Assembly: GCF_036321535.1 (NCBI RefSeq)
Contig: NC_087436.1
Coordinates: 5,642,001 to 5,706,000 of the forward strand
Direction: 5' to 3'
DNA: 64,000 nt
Origin: Camelus dromedarius
Lineage: Eukaryota
Position numbers and translations under genes: made by a program. Of this stretch, positions 45,194 to 58,200 are shown one piece after another. Numbering within the stretch: the first letter of the stretch is position 1; each line of letters starts with the position of its first letter. The notes under the pieces are model-generated. The model had not been told where the DNA came from. It saw only the letters and a program-made list of their open reading frames with translations, and did not search any database.

Positions 45194-46720
45194 TAGTAAC
45201 TTCCATCTCTGTCTCTAACTCTGTTTCTGCTCTTAACCTGGTCTCTACCCTCTCCCTCCCCACCCCCATCTCTCCCTCCCACTGTTTACTGATTCCCGAC
45301 TGCTTAGGAGGAAAGACACTATGTTTTATAAAACTTGATTGTCCTTTGGGAACAAAATGGAAGCAATGTATAGTTAAATTTAGATGATTATTTTTGAAAG
45401 AAAAGCGTGTTGTAGTTCGTTTTTTGTTAAATAAGTCTGACTGCCATCTTTCAGGCATAATTTCCAGTTGAAAACGCACTTTCAAATAAGTTATGTGAAT
45501 CTTGTGTCAGGTTATGTTCATATGTGGAAATTCTGAATTTCCTGTCAAACCCTCCAAGAAAAGGCTAACAAAAGCCTTCGACTTTCTAACTTTTTAAAGT
45601 GCATAGCATGATTATAGTGGGTCTATAAAAAGTATTTTAATTTTTAAAACAATTGTGGGCTTAAGGTCTCTGTTTATAGGAACCAGCCTAGTCAACTGAT
45701 ATTGATAAAATTTTCTTTTGTTATACTATTATCTCTGTATAAAGGCTCATTCTTTTAAAATGTTTAAATATAGCAGATAAACTTTGGTATTAAGCCACAT
45801 ACATGGTCTACGATTCTCTCTGAACGTATCTGGGTTTGTTGGTGTGAGATCCAAGCCAGTTTATTCCAGAATTAGGATTAGTATGGCAACTTCCGGTTGA
45901 TGTGGTAGATTGTAATTTCTCATACTGCACTGCCCTGGTCTCTTTTCCAAAGGGCTTCAGTGGTGCTCCAGCTACGGTAGGAGAAAAAGTGGGGTTGTCA
46001 GACCGCTGACAACAGGTGACAACTGGGTACATGTGGGGAGGGAGGGCTCCGTGCCTTCATCAAGCACCGCGGTGGTAGCAGAGAGTGTGGTCAGTCTGTC
46101 AGCAGCTGCTTTGATTTTAACGCTACGAATGAATGTTGTAATACAGATTTGCTCCTAGTGAGAATTGGCTCCTACTTCCGGACATATGATGTAATACGCA
46201 CATAATTAAAAACAGAAGAGACAAAAGAAAACGCGATAGAATATTGCATGATTCTCCGTGAGAAGTGTAATTTAGAACGTGCTAAGGTGATTTGCATCCC
46301 AATAGGGCTTGCTTTTATTTCGTTTATATATTTTATTCATTTTCCTCCGTCTTGAAGTCAGTGAGATCAATGAACGAGGCAGGAACTTACGATAGCCTGG
46401 CTTTCTTAGTGCTGCTTATACGGATGAAAATCTTCTTAACTGTTTCCAGACACTGTCTGCTGAGAGGTACTGTCATCAGCTTGTTTGGACAGCAGTGGTA
46501 CCAACTATTCTCGACAACGACACCTTCAGGACCCCAGAGCTTGTCAGTAGACGTAACTCAATCATAGACAGGTGCCTTCATCACCACGATGCTGAGAGTC
46601 CACGTTCGTAATACTCCAGTTTCCCGGTAGACAAAATGGGAAGCTTGGATGATTCTGAGCAAAGGATGCTGCTCCTTCTGTTTCAGCTCACAAGCCCCCC
46701 TACCACGTTTCCCATATGCG

Positions 46721-46758
46721 GTACACACACGCACGCACGCACGCACGCACGTGTGCGC
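46721..46758. repeat. (CA)n(CGCA)n alternating purine-pyrimidine tract
   Basis: gtacacacacgcacgcacgcacgcacgcacgtgtgcgc. Confidence 0.9.
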
Positions 46759-49579
46759 TAATGCAGCTGGGGTGGCCATCTGCCAGTTGCCTGTATACGA
46801 TGGTGGAGCTTACCTTCCCTAGAGTAATGGAGAAGTGCTGTTGAGCATTTGGGTAAGCCGGTGACTTTTATTCGTGTAGCTTCCCTAAGAAGTGTCCTAT
46901 GCATCATCTCTTTGAATGCCACAACATTTCTGCCAGGTGGTCGGGGTGACTGCGTGGGGTGCATTATTAAACTGAAGCTGGGACAAGCGCGGAGATTTGA
47001 CCACATTCTAGCCGATAATTAGTGTGCCAGGGGCTTTCACTCCTAAAGGGGTCTTTCCATACCCTGGTTTTCCTTGCAGAGAAAAGTCTCTGGATTTATG
47101 TCGCTGCTCTCCTGCTCTGTTTAGCTCACATCCACCTCTGCTTATGTAACGTTGGAGAATTACAATGGTGGAAATGCAGGCAGGGCTTCAGAGTTCCTCC
47201 CAATATACGTTCAAAAAGGAACGTTGCTGGACCAGCGTTGGCCGGTCTCAGTGCATACAGTTCTGTTGCCAGCTCCTCCTTGTGTAGAGAAGGAAGGGTG
47301 TGGACTCAAAGCGGTTGAAAAACCACACTATTCATCCTGTTCATACCAATAAAGAGAAGCAAAAAGAAAACAGAACAGCACACACCACCAAAGTGCATAG
47401 GAGCTTGTCACATTAATTCCTCCATTAACACGTGGCCTGGCTGTGATTTGGGAAAGTATGCATGCAAAAGGTATGTTTCTTAAAAAGCTGGATTAAATAA
47501 AAAGGTGTTGCTAAGTCATGTGTGATTCTGAATAGTTTTGCTAACTATTAAGTAGTTTGACCATCGTGGTACTAGCAAGGGAGGTCTTAATCTGGCTTCT
47601 GACTCTCACGAATATGCCCAAGGATGCCCTGGCTTTGCAACCATACTCATCACATCTCATACCTTCATGCAGAGAGTCTATGGCTTTGGTATATGGAGAC
47701 TGAACAACAGATTCCCTTTTGCAAAAAGAAAAATAATTTCTCCTCACAGAGTGTTACTTAAAGTGTATTGAATAAGAGGAGGCTAATTCATAGACATCAT
47801 AAAGGCAAAATAAAACTTTTACTCCTGTAGCTTCCCAAAGCAGTGTCTTCTGCATCATCTCTTTGAACCCCATGGCATTTCTCCCCTGACATTTTCCCCT
47901 TGAAATCCTAGGTGACTGCTGTCTGTCTCTTAGCTGTTGTCTGGTTGAATTTCTAAGCCGTTGGTAGCAAGGAAGTTTTCATTGCTTCTGTTCCTAGAAT
48001 GAACATCCCCTCGAATCTTGGGTCGTCATCTCCGTCAGCTGCTCTTTGACTTCAGGTGTGTTTGGGGTGGATTCAGGACAGGGTGAAAGCTGGGAGACTG
48101 ACTGTTGCGGTGCTCAGGCTGTCAGGAAGGCGATGCAGATGGAGGAGGCTGGACCCAGACTAGAGACACGCACTGCGCCTTCTGTTCTCCGGCTGTTCTG
48201 TTACACTGACATCCAAGACAGCTGATGACACGTGGAAGAAAAAACTTCCACCGGTTGCTAATATTTAAAGTTCTAACCATTAGCTTTTGTGTCCTAATAG
48301 GGCTTTATTTGGCTTTATTGATCGCTTTTTCTTTCTTAGGCTGCTTATAAAGACACGTTTTATTATTTTTACTATTTTAAACTTTCTGCTCTCACAGTGT
48401 TTATCACGTCACCTTTCTGGTTTTGTCACAGCAAGAGCTTTAGACTTAGACATTGGAGAAACTGATTTGAGAAGTTAGGTCCTTGTTTAAATTTTAAGGA
48501 TATATAGCTAGCTGAAAGACGAAAAATAATGTGTTTAAGACATTTGCAGATTTAAGGGCCAGTTTAAAACAGAATTCAGAGTCCTGAACGCCTAGTCTTT
48601 TGTCTCAGTGTTAGCTATTGTTTCCTAAAGATGTATCTTTGTTGGGATGAAAGCATCTTGTATCAAATTATATGAGATTATAAGATGAATATTTAAGCTA
48701 ATTTATAGGGATATGGTTTGTCCCCAGGTGATGACAGTTACTCAATTTCAATCAAAAGCGTTTTCAGATTTCAGGTACATAATTTAATAATAAGCTGGGC
48801 TCTATTAATATTGCTTTAGTGAAGTCACTGGGAGTGCATTAGTTTTAGAACTCCAGTTTAAGCTGTAAATTTTCTAACTTAAAAATCTTACGCTCCTTCA
48901 GTGATAATCAGGGAAACAAGTATGAATGAGATATTCACTTTGTTCTGCTGGAAAGAGGGAGAGGAGATGGAGGGCAGTCTCGGCACCACCGAGCGGTGTG
49001 GGAAATAGATCCTGCATCTTCACGTCCCAGTTTTCTGCTCACGGAACCACGTGCATCCGTGCACGGAGCGGCTGATGAAGTCTGACTCACTTGAGAACGA
49101 TCTTCCCTAATGATAGCACCACTGTAACATACCTACAATTAAGAAAGAATGAGGCTTTCAATGATAAACTGCTATTTTTAGGCCTTCACATTTTGATAAT
49201 TTCTTCTCTCAATAAAAGAGGACAGATCTCAGATTAGATGAGTCTAAGTAGGTGGTTTTGTAGGAACAATGTGCATTATATTCCCATAGAAAGCTGGGTG
49301 TAGGGGATGGACAATGGCTTTCTAAATAAACCTCTCATTGGCATGTCAATCCATGGAACAAAGTGATTAACTTGCAGAAAGGAAGTACTTCTTCCTGCCT
49401 ATCCTGAATGCCCTGCATTGCAATCTGTTTCTTTCCTCTGGATCTCTCTGGGAGGGTGAGGGACAGAGTGTGCCTCTAGTAAGTGATCTGCTTTAATTAT
49501 GCTGGCCTTAGAAGGCGTAGATTCTGAAATATTGTCAAAATAAAGTTACTTCCCTTCTTATTTTGAGGGAGGAAGGAGA

Positions 49580-49675
49580 GGAGGTAATTAGATTTTTTTA
49601 ACCAAGCTACTGGGGATTGAGCCCAGGACCTCGTGCAGGCTAAGCACGCACTCTACCACTGAGCTATATCCTCCC
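49580..49675 (-). mobile_element. Vic-1-like tRNA SINE
   Basis: ctggggattgagcccaggacctcgtgcaggctaagcacgcactctaccactgagctatatcctccc. Confidence 0.85.
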
Positions 49676-49924
49676 ACCACCTTACTTAATTTCTTTTTAC
49701 CTTGATGGTATCAGTGATGAAACAGACTGAGTTTTCAGAGGAGCTTCAAGACCGTCCGCAGGCAGTAACTCCAACCTGGATGGGGGTGGCTGGGTGTTCA
49801 GGAATAGTTTTAGAAGTACGGTGTGTTTTTCAGAATTATTTGCAAGTTTGTCTTAGCAAGAATAAAATCTTATTTAGCAGAAGGGGGATATGTGTTAAGC
49901 AAAGTGATGCAGCTGTGCAGCCAA

Positions 49925-50035
49925 ATTATTATTTTATTTATTTAATTTATTTTTTTTCTGCGAGCACTGGGGATTGAGTCCAGGACCTCATGCATGCTAA
50001 GCATGCACTCTACCCCTGAGCTATAACTCCCTCCC
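49925..50035 (-). mobile_element. Vic-1-like tRNA SINE
   Basis: ctggggattgagtccaggacctcatgcatgctaagcatgcactctacccctgagctata. Confidence 0.85.
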
Positions 50036-50509
50036 ACCATTCCCCTTCTTACTTAATACAGTTAATTATTCCATTCTCAGAAGATCAGTTTAGTCTGACA
50101 ATAATCCATAGAAGTACACTGTTGTTACCCAGCATTGCAGACTTCTCACAGAGTTTGCAAATAGTATAAATGATAGATAAATACATAAAATTAATGCTGA
50201 TGTTAATACCTGAGTGAAAGGACTGGTTCGAAATTTTCCTTTACTATGTAATAATCCTGAGTATGAGAGAATTACAGTAGTTTTAGATTATCCTTTAAAC
50301 GCAGAAACCTTTTTTAACCCCTCCTGTAGCGTAATATACACTTATTAATGTTTACATATAAAAGATAGATTGAAATATATTTACAACTAAAAATGTTTGA
50401 GTCATTATAACAGCATCCTTATAGGACTATGTTAAATGTCATTTCATTAAGGTTACATTTTGTTCTCCTACTGCTTGTGTTTAGCAATAATATAGCATGA
50501 TTTCTTTGT

Positions 50510-50636
50510 TGTTGTTGTTTTTGGGGGGGCAAAGGTAATGAAGTATTTATTTATTTGTAAGGGAGGTACTGGGGATTGAACCTAGGGCCTCGTGCATGCT
50601 AAGCATGTGCTCTACCACCGAGCTACACCTTCCTCC
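50510..50636 (-). mobile_element. Vic-1-like tRNA SINE
   Basis: ggaggtactggggattgaacctagggcctcgtgcatgctaagcatgtgctctaccaccgagcta. Confidence 0.85.
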
Positions 50637-52439
50637 TATTTCTCTATTGGTATTTTTGTTGAACAGATTTCACTAATTTATGGTCGTTCTCCATACTTAT
50701 TTCATTGTTTCTGGTATAGCTAAAGGTTTCTCTGCTGTGGTTTCCTCAATATCACCTATTTCTCTGTGGGTGGAGGTATGTATATATACTTCTAGCTTTG
50801 TGTAGTTTGAATATATATGTGTATATATTTCTAGCTATGTATATGTGAACATATATACATTCACATATTATATCTTACAAATTGTTTTGGAGATGAAGGG
50901 GATATAGCCATATGTATGTTACTAAATCAAAACAGACCTTTACAGATTTTTCACTCATGCTTAACTATTTAAATAGTTTCTAAAATACTCAGTACTAAAT
51001 AAATGCTGAATGTGAATAAATTAGCAATAATAAGCACTTACACGTATATGTGGTAAGTCACTCATGGCATGGTTAGTCATATTATTGTAGATTTTTATTC
51101 CCTAGTGCTTTTTATGGAGGGGAACTTGATTAGTCATAAGTATCTGCATAGTTGACAACCCCGCACTCTCAATACTTCTCTAGATAATCCAGGACAAGTT
51201 GAAATCATTTCCTCTCCAGTTGGCAGTGTTCTTTCTCTGACATTTTAAATGTTCTCACCATTCCACCAAACATCCGAGGAGAGTATCGAATTCTTAAAGA
51301 CTTAAGGGATACTTGTAGCCCAAGCTGCCGGGGGACAGCCGGTGTTCTATCATTTCCGTTTAAAATGGCTGGTTTAACAGTGTTGGAAAGGTCAGTATTT
51401 CCTTTAAAATGTGGTGTTCAGTTTAAAGACCCTGCAGTTCATTAAATAGCTCCCAAATTCAGAAATAAATGTATGCAAGACCATACCGAATGGTGTTTTC
51501 TGCAATCAAAGTGTTAAGGAAGGGAAAAGAAAAGGGTATTTCTACTTGCTGAATTATGACTATTGGGCAAAATGATAGCTTCTCCCAGGGTAACTGTGTT
51601 GTTTTGGTCACTGTCCTCTTTCCATGGCGATGGTCCGCAAGTGTCAGTGTGAGCTCCATCAGATTGTTTCACTTAGAGACCACCTTTGTGACTCAAAGGG
51701 GAGATAAGAGCTCACATTCTCCATTAGATGAGTAATGAAACTCTAATCAAATTGCAAGAGGCTTTCTATTATTGTCGATACTAAAGAGAAAATGTTCTTT
51801 TCACACAACCATCAGATGGTGAGGACAATCATTCCAGCAGAAAAGGCTCAAACAATAGAGAAAATTTGAGATTAGTCTCTCACATTGAAATGCTTATAAA
51901 ATTCCTGCTTAGATGCCTAGAAGATAAATCTCAGTATTAAACCTGTCCAAGTACTTTAGATGACTTAGTGTCCAGTTCACTTACTTACGTGTTTAAATAA
52001 AAGAATCATCATGCCTGTCTCTACTGGATGTTTTGCATTAGTTGCCATGGTAATAAATGCAGTCCAAGACTTCTGCAGACAAGAAAAATAGAATTCTGCA
52101 AACACTTAGATATACTGGAATCAAAATCTGAACTAAGTATAAATATTGTTGATAAAATTTTGAGAATCCTTTAATTTGAATTTGATATTTGAAGGAAAAC
52201 TCCATGCTAAATTAATACACACTTCACATTTCCAGCATATACTTTTGTTCCAGATCATATGGAGTTATTATCAAAAACAAGTTGCCAGTGAAGGTGGCTA
52301 ACTTATTTTCAAAGAGAAATGAGATTTTTAGAAATAACATAGCAATTGGGAAAATCAAGCAGTGTAAGACATCATCAAGGTGCTCAAAAGTGTTATTTAA
52401 GAGTACATTTAAAGAAACAAAGAGTGAAGGGGGTGATGG

Positions 52440-55215
52440 CAGAAGATGCTGGACCAGGGAGACCCAGACCCTCCTTTCCCCAAGAGATGCTAACTCAACA
52501 GCAGTGCATTGACCAAGTCTTTTGGTGAGAAACCAGTTAAGGGGCTCCTTCAAGCCACATGAGTGTGAAACCAGCCACATCAAACCCTGTAGGAAAATTC
52601 ATGGCCTCACTGGCCATTGTGGCTCCCCTGGTGCAGCACACCACCATTGGGAGGTAACACTGAGTTTTGGCTTGTCCCCGGGAAGAGAAAGAGAAGACTT
52701 GACTGTGTTTTCACGTTCTGACTTTTCAGAGGAACTGGTTTCTGTCTTGCCTGAATCTAGGTACTAAAAAAGGCTTCAGGTTGGAGACCACTGAGAATAA
52801 AGGTGAAGGTTTGGACTAGCACACATTCACCACAGGCCTTCCCCTCCAGCTCAGTGTGGAAAAGTGGGGGGAAATGCCCAACTCCCACCTTCCCTTTAGG
52901 AAGATGGGGACAAGTGGCCTTATTGCTTTGGGTTTTGAGGGGCTGGTTTCTGTCTGGTCCTGTCCCAGAGCCCTGATGGAACGTGGCACATGTTGGATGC
53001 CTAGGGCTGCTGAGAGCAGGAGTTGATGATTTGCTGCTTCTTTAGAAACCTGTGGTCCAGCAGACAGAGGTCAGTACAGCTTGGTGGCCACTCTCCTGGG
53101 GGAGGAAGAAAAGAGCGGTGTGTGCATGCAATATTCTGGCCCTTTATGGGGTACCTCAGGGACTGGACTCTGTCCTCCCCAGCTCTACAAGCCTGGGGGC
53201 TGCTGAGAATGGAAGAGAGCTGCGTAGTTTATGCCAGCTCCAGAACCCACATCACCGCAGACAGACACCAAAGGGAGCAAGAGATCATTAGCTCCTGGGA
53301 AAAGATACTGGAAAGGGCCTTTAACTGGGAATTTACACACACCACTCCAAAAAAGATGTATCCACAGAAAATGTTTGAGAGGCTTTTAGAATATTAAACT
53401 AGGCTGACTGGGGAAGGTCTTTCCTTATATGAAGCCACTTCATAAAGACTGGGAGGGGTGGCTGTGTTTAAAAATGCTCAGACCCTAACCCACATTTATA
53501 AGGCACATGAAGAAAACAAAACAAAAAACAAACAAAAAGTGGCCTAAAGGAAAAAAAAAAAATCTCCAGAAACCAAACTAAAAAAGTGGAGGTACATGGA
53601 TTACCTGACAGAGAACCCCAAATAACTGTTACAAAAATGTTCAAAGAGCTCAGCCAAGTGATGCATGAACAAATGAGAATATTAACAAAGAGAGAGAAAG
53701 GTAAAAAAGAGCCAAACAAATTTTAAAAATCAAGAATACAATGACTAATTTAAAAAAATCACTAGAGGGACTCAACATCAGATCTGATCAAGGAGAAGAA
53801 AGGATCAGCAAACTTAACACAAATATTTTGAAAGTATCCAGAGGACCAATAAGAAAAAAAAAAAAAAGAATGAAAAAAGGGGCTAAAAGGATACTGTCAA
53901 GAGGACCAACATGACCATACACATTATGGGGGTTCCAGAAGGAGGAGAGAGAGAGAGAGAGCGATAGGAACAGAAAGCTTAAATAAGCTTAATGGTCAAA
54001 ATTTTTCCCAATTTGGATGGGGCAAGGGGAATGGACATTCAGATTTACAAAACACAAAGAATCTTAAATAGGAGAAACTCAAAGAAGTGTACACTAAGAA
54101 GCATTATAATCAAATTGTCAGATGTCAAAGACAGAATTTTGAAAGTAGCAAGAGAAATGTGCCTTGTCACATACACGTGGGCACCCAGAAGCCTTCTCAG
54201 CCAAAACCGTGTAGGTCAGAGGGAGTGAGAGGATGTAGTCAAAGAGCTGAAAGGAAAAAAGGACTGCCAGCCAACCAAGAATAATGTATCTGGCAAAACT
54301 CTCCCTCATATATTAAGGAGAAATAAAGACCGTCCCAGGTAAACAAAAGCTGAGGTCATCAACACTACAGCTGCCTTGCAAGAAATGGCAAAATGGTAAA
54401 GGAAGCCCTTTATGTAGAATAGAGGTTTTGTAAGCATATGAAATTAACTTGCTATAACCTTTATAACCTTAAAACAGACTTTTGTTAACTATAGGCTATT
54501 TTATGCAAGTTCCATGGTAACCACAAAGAAAACACCTATAGCAGTTACACAAAAGAAAATGAGAAAGTAATCAAAGCGTTATCACTACAAAAAATAAATC
54601 AATGAAATACAAAGGAAGACAGCAATAGAGGGAAACAGGAACAAAAAAACTACTACCAGACGGACAGAAAACAGTTAACAAAATGGTAATGTCAGTAAAC
54701 TGCCTGTCAGTAGTTATTTTAAATGTAAATGAATTGAACAGCCCAGTCAAAACATATAGAGTGGCTGAACATAATACTCAGTGGTGAAAAGCTAGAAGCC
54801 TTCCTGCTAAACTCAAGAACAAGACAAGAATGCCCACTTTCCCTATTTCCATTCAACATAGTATTGGAAGTTCCAGCCACAGCGATCAGACAAGAAGAAG
54901 AAATAAAAGACATCCAAATTAGAAGAAGTAAAACTCACTGTTTGCAGACTCCAAGAAGAGAACATAGGCAAACATTTTCGGACATAAATTATAGCAGTAT
55001 TTTCTTAGATCTATCTCCCAAGGCAAAAGAAATAAAAGCAAAAAATAAACAAAAGGGACCTAATCAAACCTAAAAGCTTTTGCATAGCAAAGGAAACCAT
55101 AAACAAAATGAAAAGATAACCTATGGAATGAGAGAAAATATTTGCAAATGATGTTGCTGACAAGAGATTAATATCCAAAATATGCAAATAACTCATGCAA
55201 CTCAGTATGAAAAAA
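52440..55215 (+). mobile_element. Fragmented, degenerate LINE-1 (5' region, ORF1, ORF2 pieces); boundaries approximate
   Basis: ORF1-like peptide IIIKLSDVKDRILKVARE; ORF2-like gaacaagacaagaatgcccact...ttcaacatagtattggaagttc and tttgcatagcaaaggaaacc. No long ORF remains. Confidence 0.8.
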
Positions 55216-58200
55216 TAAGTGATTTTTAAGGTCCATTCTAGTGCTAATCCTTTGAAAACTTTAAGCTTTTAAGAATTTTTTTTAGTTATATTCTTCCATA
55301 GATTCCAATTTCAATTTTTAAGAAGCTGAGAAATTGCTAGAAATATAGTTTAATGTGTATCTTTTTAATATAATTAGAGCATTTGTTTTATTTAAAATGA
55401 GAGATTAATCATATAGAAAAATCCTCATAAAATCAAACAAATCAAAGAACACCTCTGTGTAATACTTTATTAACTGTAATCATTTAAAAATAGCTAATCA
55501 TTGCATTTTAATAAAAAAGAGACAAACATACTGTGAGACTTCATATATAATGTTCATAATTATTTCATACAGCTGATGATAGGAACCATTGTCTTATTCA
55601 TGACTTCATGGTACTGACAACCTGAATATAATTTTTCTTCTATTTTGAATCCAAGAAGTTATAGTGTTAAACATCAAATTTTAATAAAACTAGGTGAGCA
55701 AAGGAATGCCTAATAAAATACTTGTACTGACTTCATTCAAGTGTTTCCTATAATTTTTTTATATGAAATAAATGGTATCGGTTTTGATTGTATAAAGGAA
55801 AAATCAATATTTGTTTTCACGTCCTTTTTCATCAGAAATTAACACATTATAAACTGACTATATTTCAGTGAAGAAAAATAATAAAAACTTTTAAAAATAA
55901 AAACATTAAAATATATAGGAGTAAAAACATGTTTTTTAGCTAAATGATGAGATGAGTATGAAGTATGAAGTTGATAGAATTAAATTCTGAAAGTATTTAT
56001 TGGTACGGCACAACGTCTCAATTTACCCTTCCCATTTGCTGTGGAGGACCATTTCTGTAGCTGCAGGGTTTTTTCCATCAGGGAAAATAATGAGGGTCTT
56101 CTTAAATTTAAAGAAAAACTTAAATAGTCTTTTACTTTCATCCATATGATGAGATAAACTTTTATTAGCAAAACTGATTTAAAAAGACTCAGAGAGGTCT
56201 AGGGATTTTATCACACATACTAATTACACATGAAATATTGAACACTTTCAAGATTTTCTGCATTTTTTTCCTTTCATTTTTTGTGTGGTTATTGTTGTTG
56301 ACAAGTGAAGTGAAAAAGTAGCATCAAAACTATGAAATAAGAGCCAAGTTTCAAAGAATTTTTGTGTTCTTTTTCATTGGATTGTTTTTATTTATGTGTT
56401 GCAACATGGTCTCAGCTTATACCTTCAAAAATGAATTTACATAATGGAACATCAAGACAATGTTTTCTTGGCGTGTATGGGACACGTCTTGACTTGTGTG
56501 GGACTACCACCTACTGAAGTCTCATGTTAGTGTTAGCAGTTAAAGACTCTGAAATGAGGACAAGATGAATTTATGCCTTAAGTATTTTACTCTTTTGTAA
56601 GTAACCTAAATCAAATACTATTTAAGGATGTTGAAGACATAAATAATGTTCTACTTCGAACTTTTCATTACTGGAAGTGTTTTATCTTGGGGAAATCGCA
56701 TTACACAAAACCCGTTCCGGTACTGGACAAATGTGGAAACAGATTTAGCTTTTATATTTGCCAGCATAATGTATTCTTCAGGTTTTTAACTATACCAGTC
56801 AGAGGAGTACCTGTGCCATTTCCTGTAGAGCTAGGATCTCCGTCTGGACCTTTAACATCTCTTTCCAATGATCAAAGAATGTCGCTCTACAATTTATACC
56901 CCCAGTAATGTCTTAGCCTTTCCATCTGCACAGGCTGCTTCTCCCAGCCTTCAATCCATGCTTAGATGTGCCGAAATTCTGCAAAGTCCTTCTTGGGACC
57001 ACGCTCTCCTTTATCTTCAATTTTTCTTCTTCCTTTCCTTTAGCTGATAAATTTGTAAATGTATATATCTGTTTCCTTAGAGCCTCCTTTTCCCATTCTC
57101 ACCACTTTCTCCCTCATTCTTTCAGCTCTGATTTCCTTTAGAACTTTGACAATTGCCTTCCTAAAAGAGTCACTTAATGCCATTCTGGGAAATTGAAATG
57201 CTTTTTGTGTGTGTTTTCATGCTTTGTAAAAACTGTACTATGTTTGAGACCACCGTGTAGATTCTTTTGTTACTTTTTCCTCCCTTAGTTTATGAAGTCC
57301 CAACGTTTTCTCGTATTTTCTCTTATTTTTCTAACCATTCTGTTCTTTCCTTCACAGACTTCTCTCCAGAACTGTGTACTAAGGTCACATGCTTCTCCCC
57401 TTCTCCAACTTGCTTTGTAATAGTTTCACAAACATAATTTTACAAACTTTTATGTTTAAATACTAGTCACATTTATTGTATACACAGTAAAGCAAACTAT
57501 TGAAAGATGAAGCTTTCAAAGTCAATATTATTTTCCTTTATTCAGAGAGATATTGGGATGTGAAGACTTCTAATAATGCATGATACAGAAGGTGACAGGG
57601 AATACTCAGTTCAGCATATTAAGATTTCTTTGGTTCATTTTGACTACTGTGTGGTTTATGTTGGGGATTAGATCTCAGTGGAAGATGGACAACAGATGTG
57701 GTCTACCTGGCGGGGGTGGCTGGGAATTTTAGCACGAAACATTTAAATTCCAGTGGACACTAGTGGATTTTTAAAGTCTTGATCTCAAGTAAATGCCTGT
57801 AACTCAGAAACACAGACAAATTTGTGAGGGACTGCAGATTTGCAAACAGCAAGAATAACAGAATGAGACTTCTGTGGCATTCTTTTCCTGACCAAAGTCC
57901 TGGTTTCCGGGGACGGTTTGAATTTCTGCCAACATCTCTAATGAAGTGATGGGCCAGGCTGTGAGTTCCACAAGGCTAGACTCAGGCAACAGGGTGAAAT
58001 CCTAAAAGGAAAGATGATTCTCTTTTATATTTAATACAATTTTTTACAGAATGTCAACCATGTGGACCAGAAAATATAGGTTAGTAATTGACATGCGACT
58101 CTTCTGTCTTCACATTTAAGAGGCTCTAGGTCAAGGTTTTCCACCCCCAGGTAGAATTACCTTCTTAGTTGTTATACTGCCTCAGACATGGTAATTTTCC

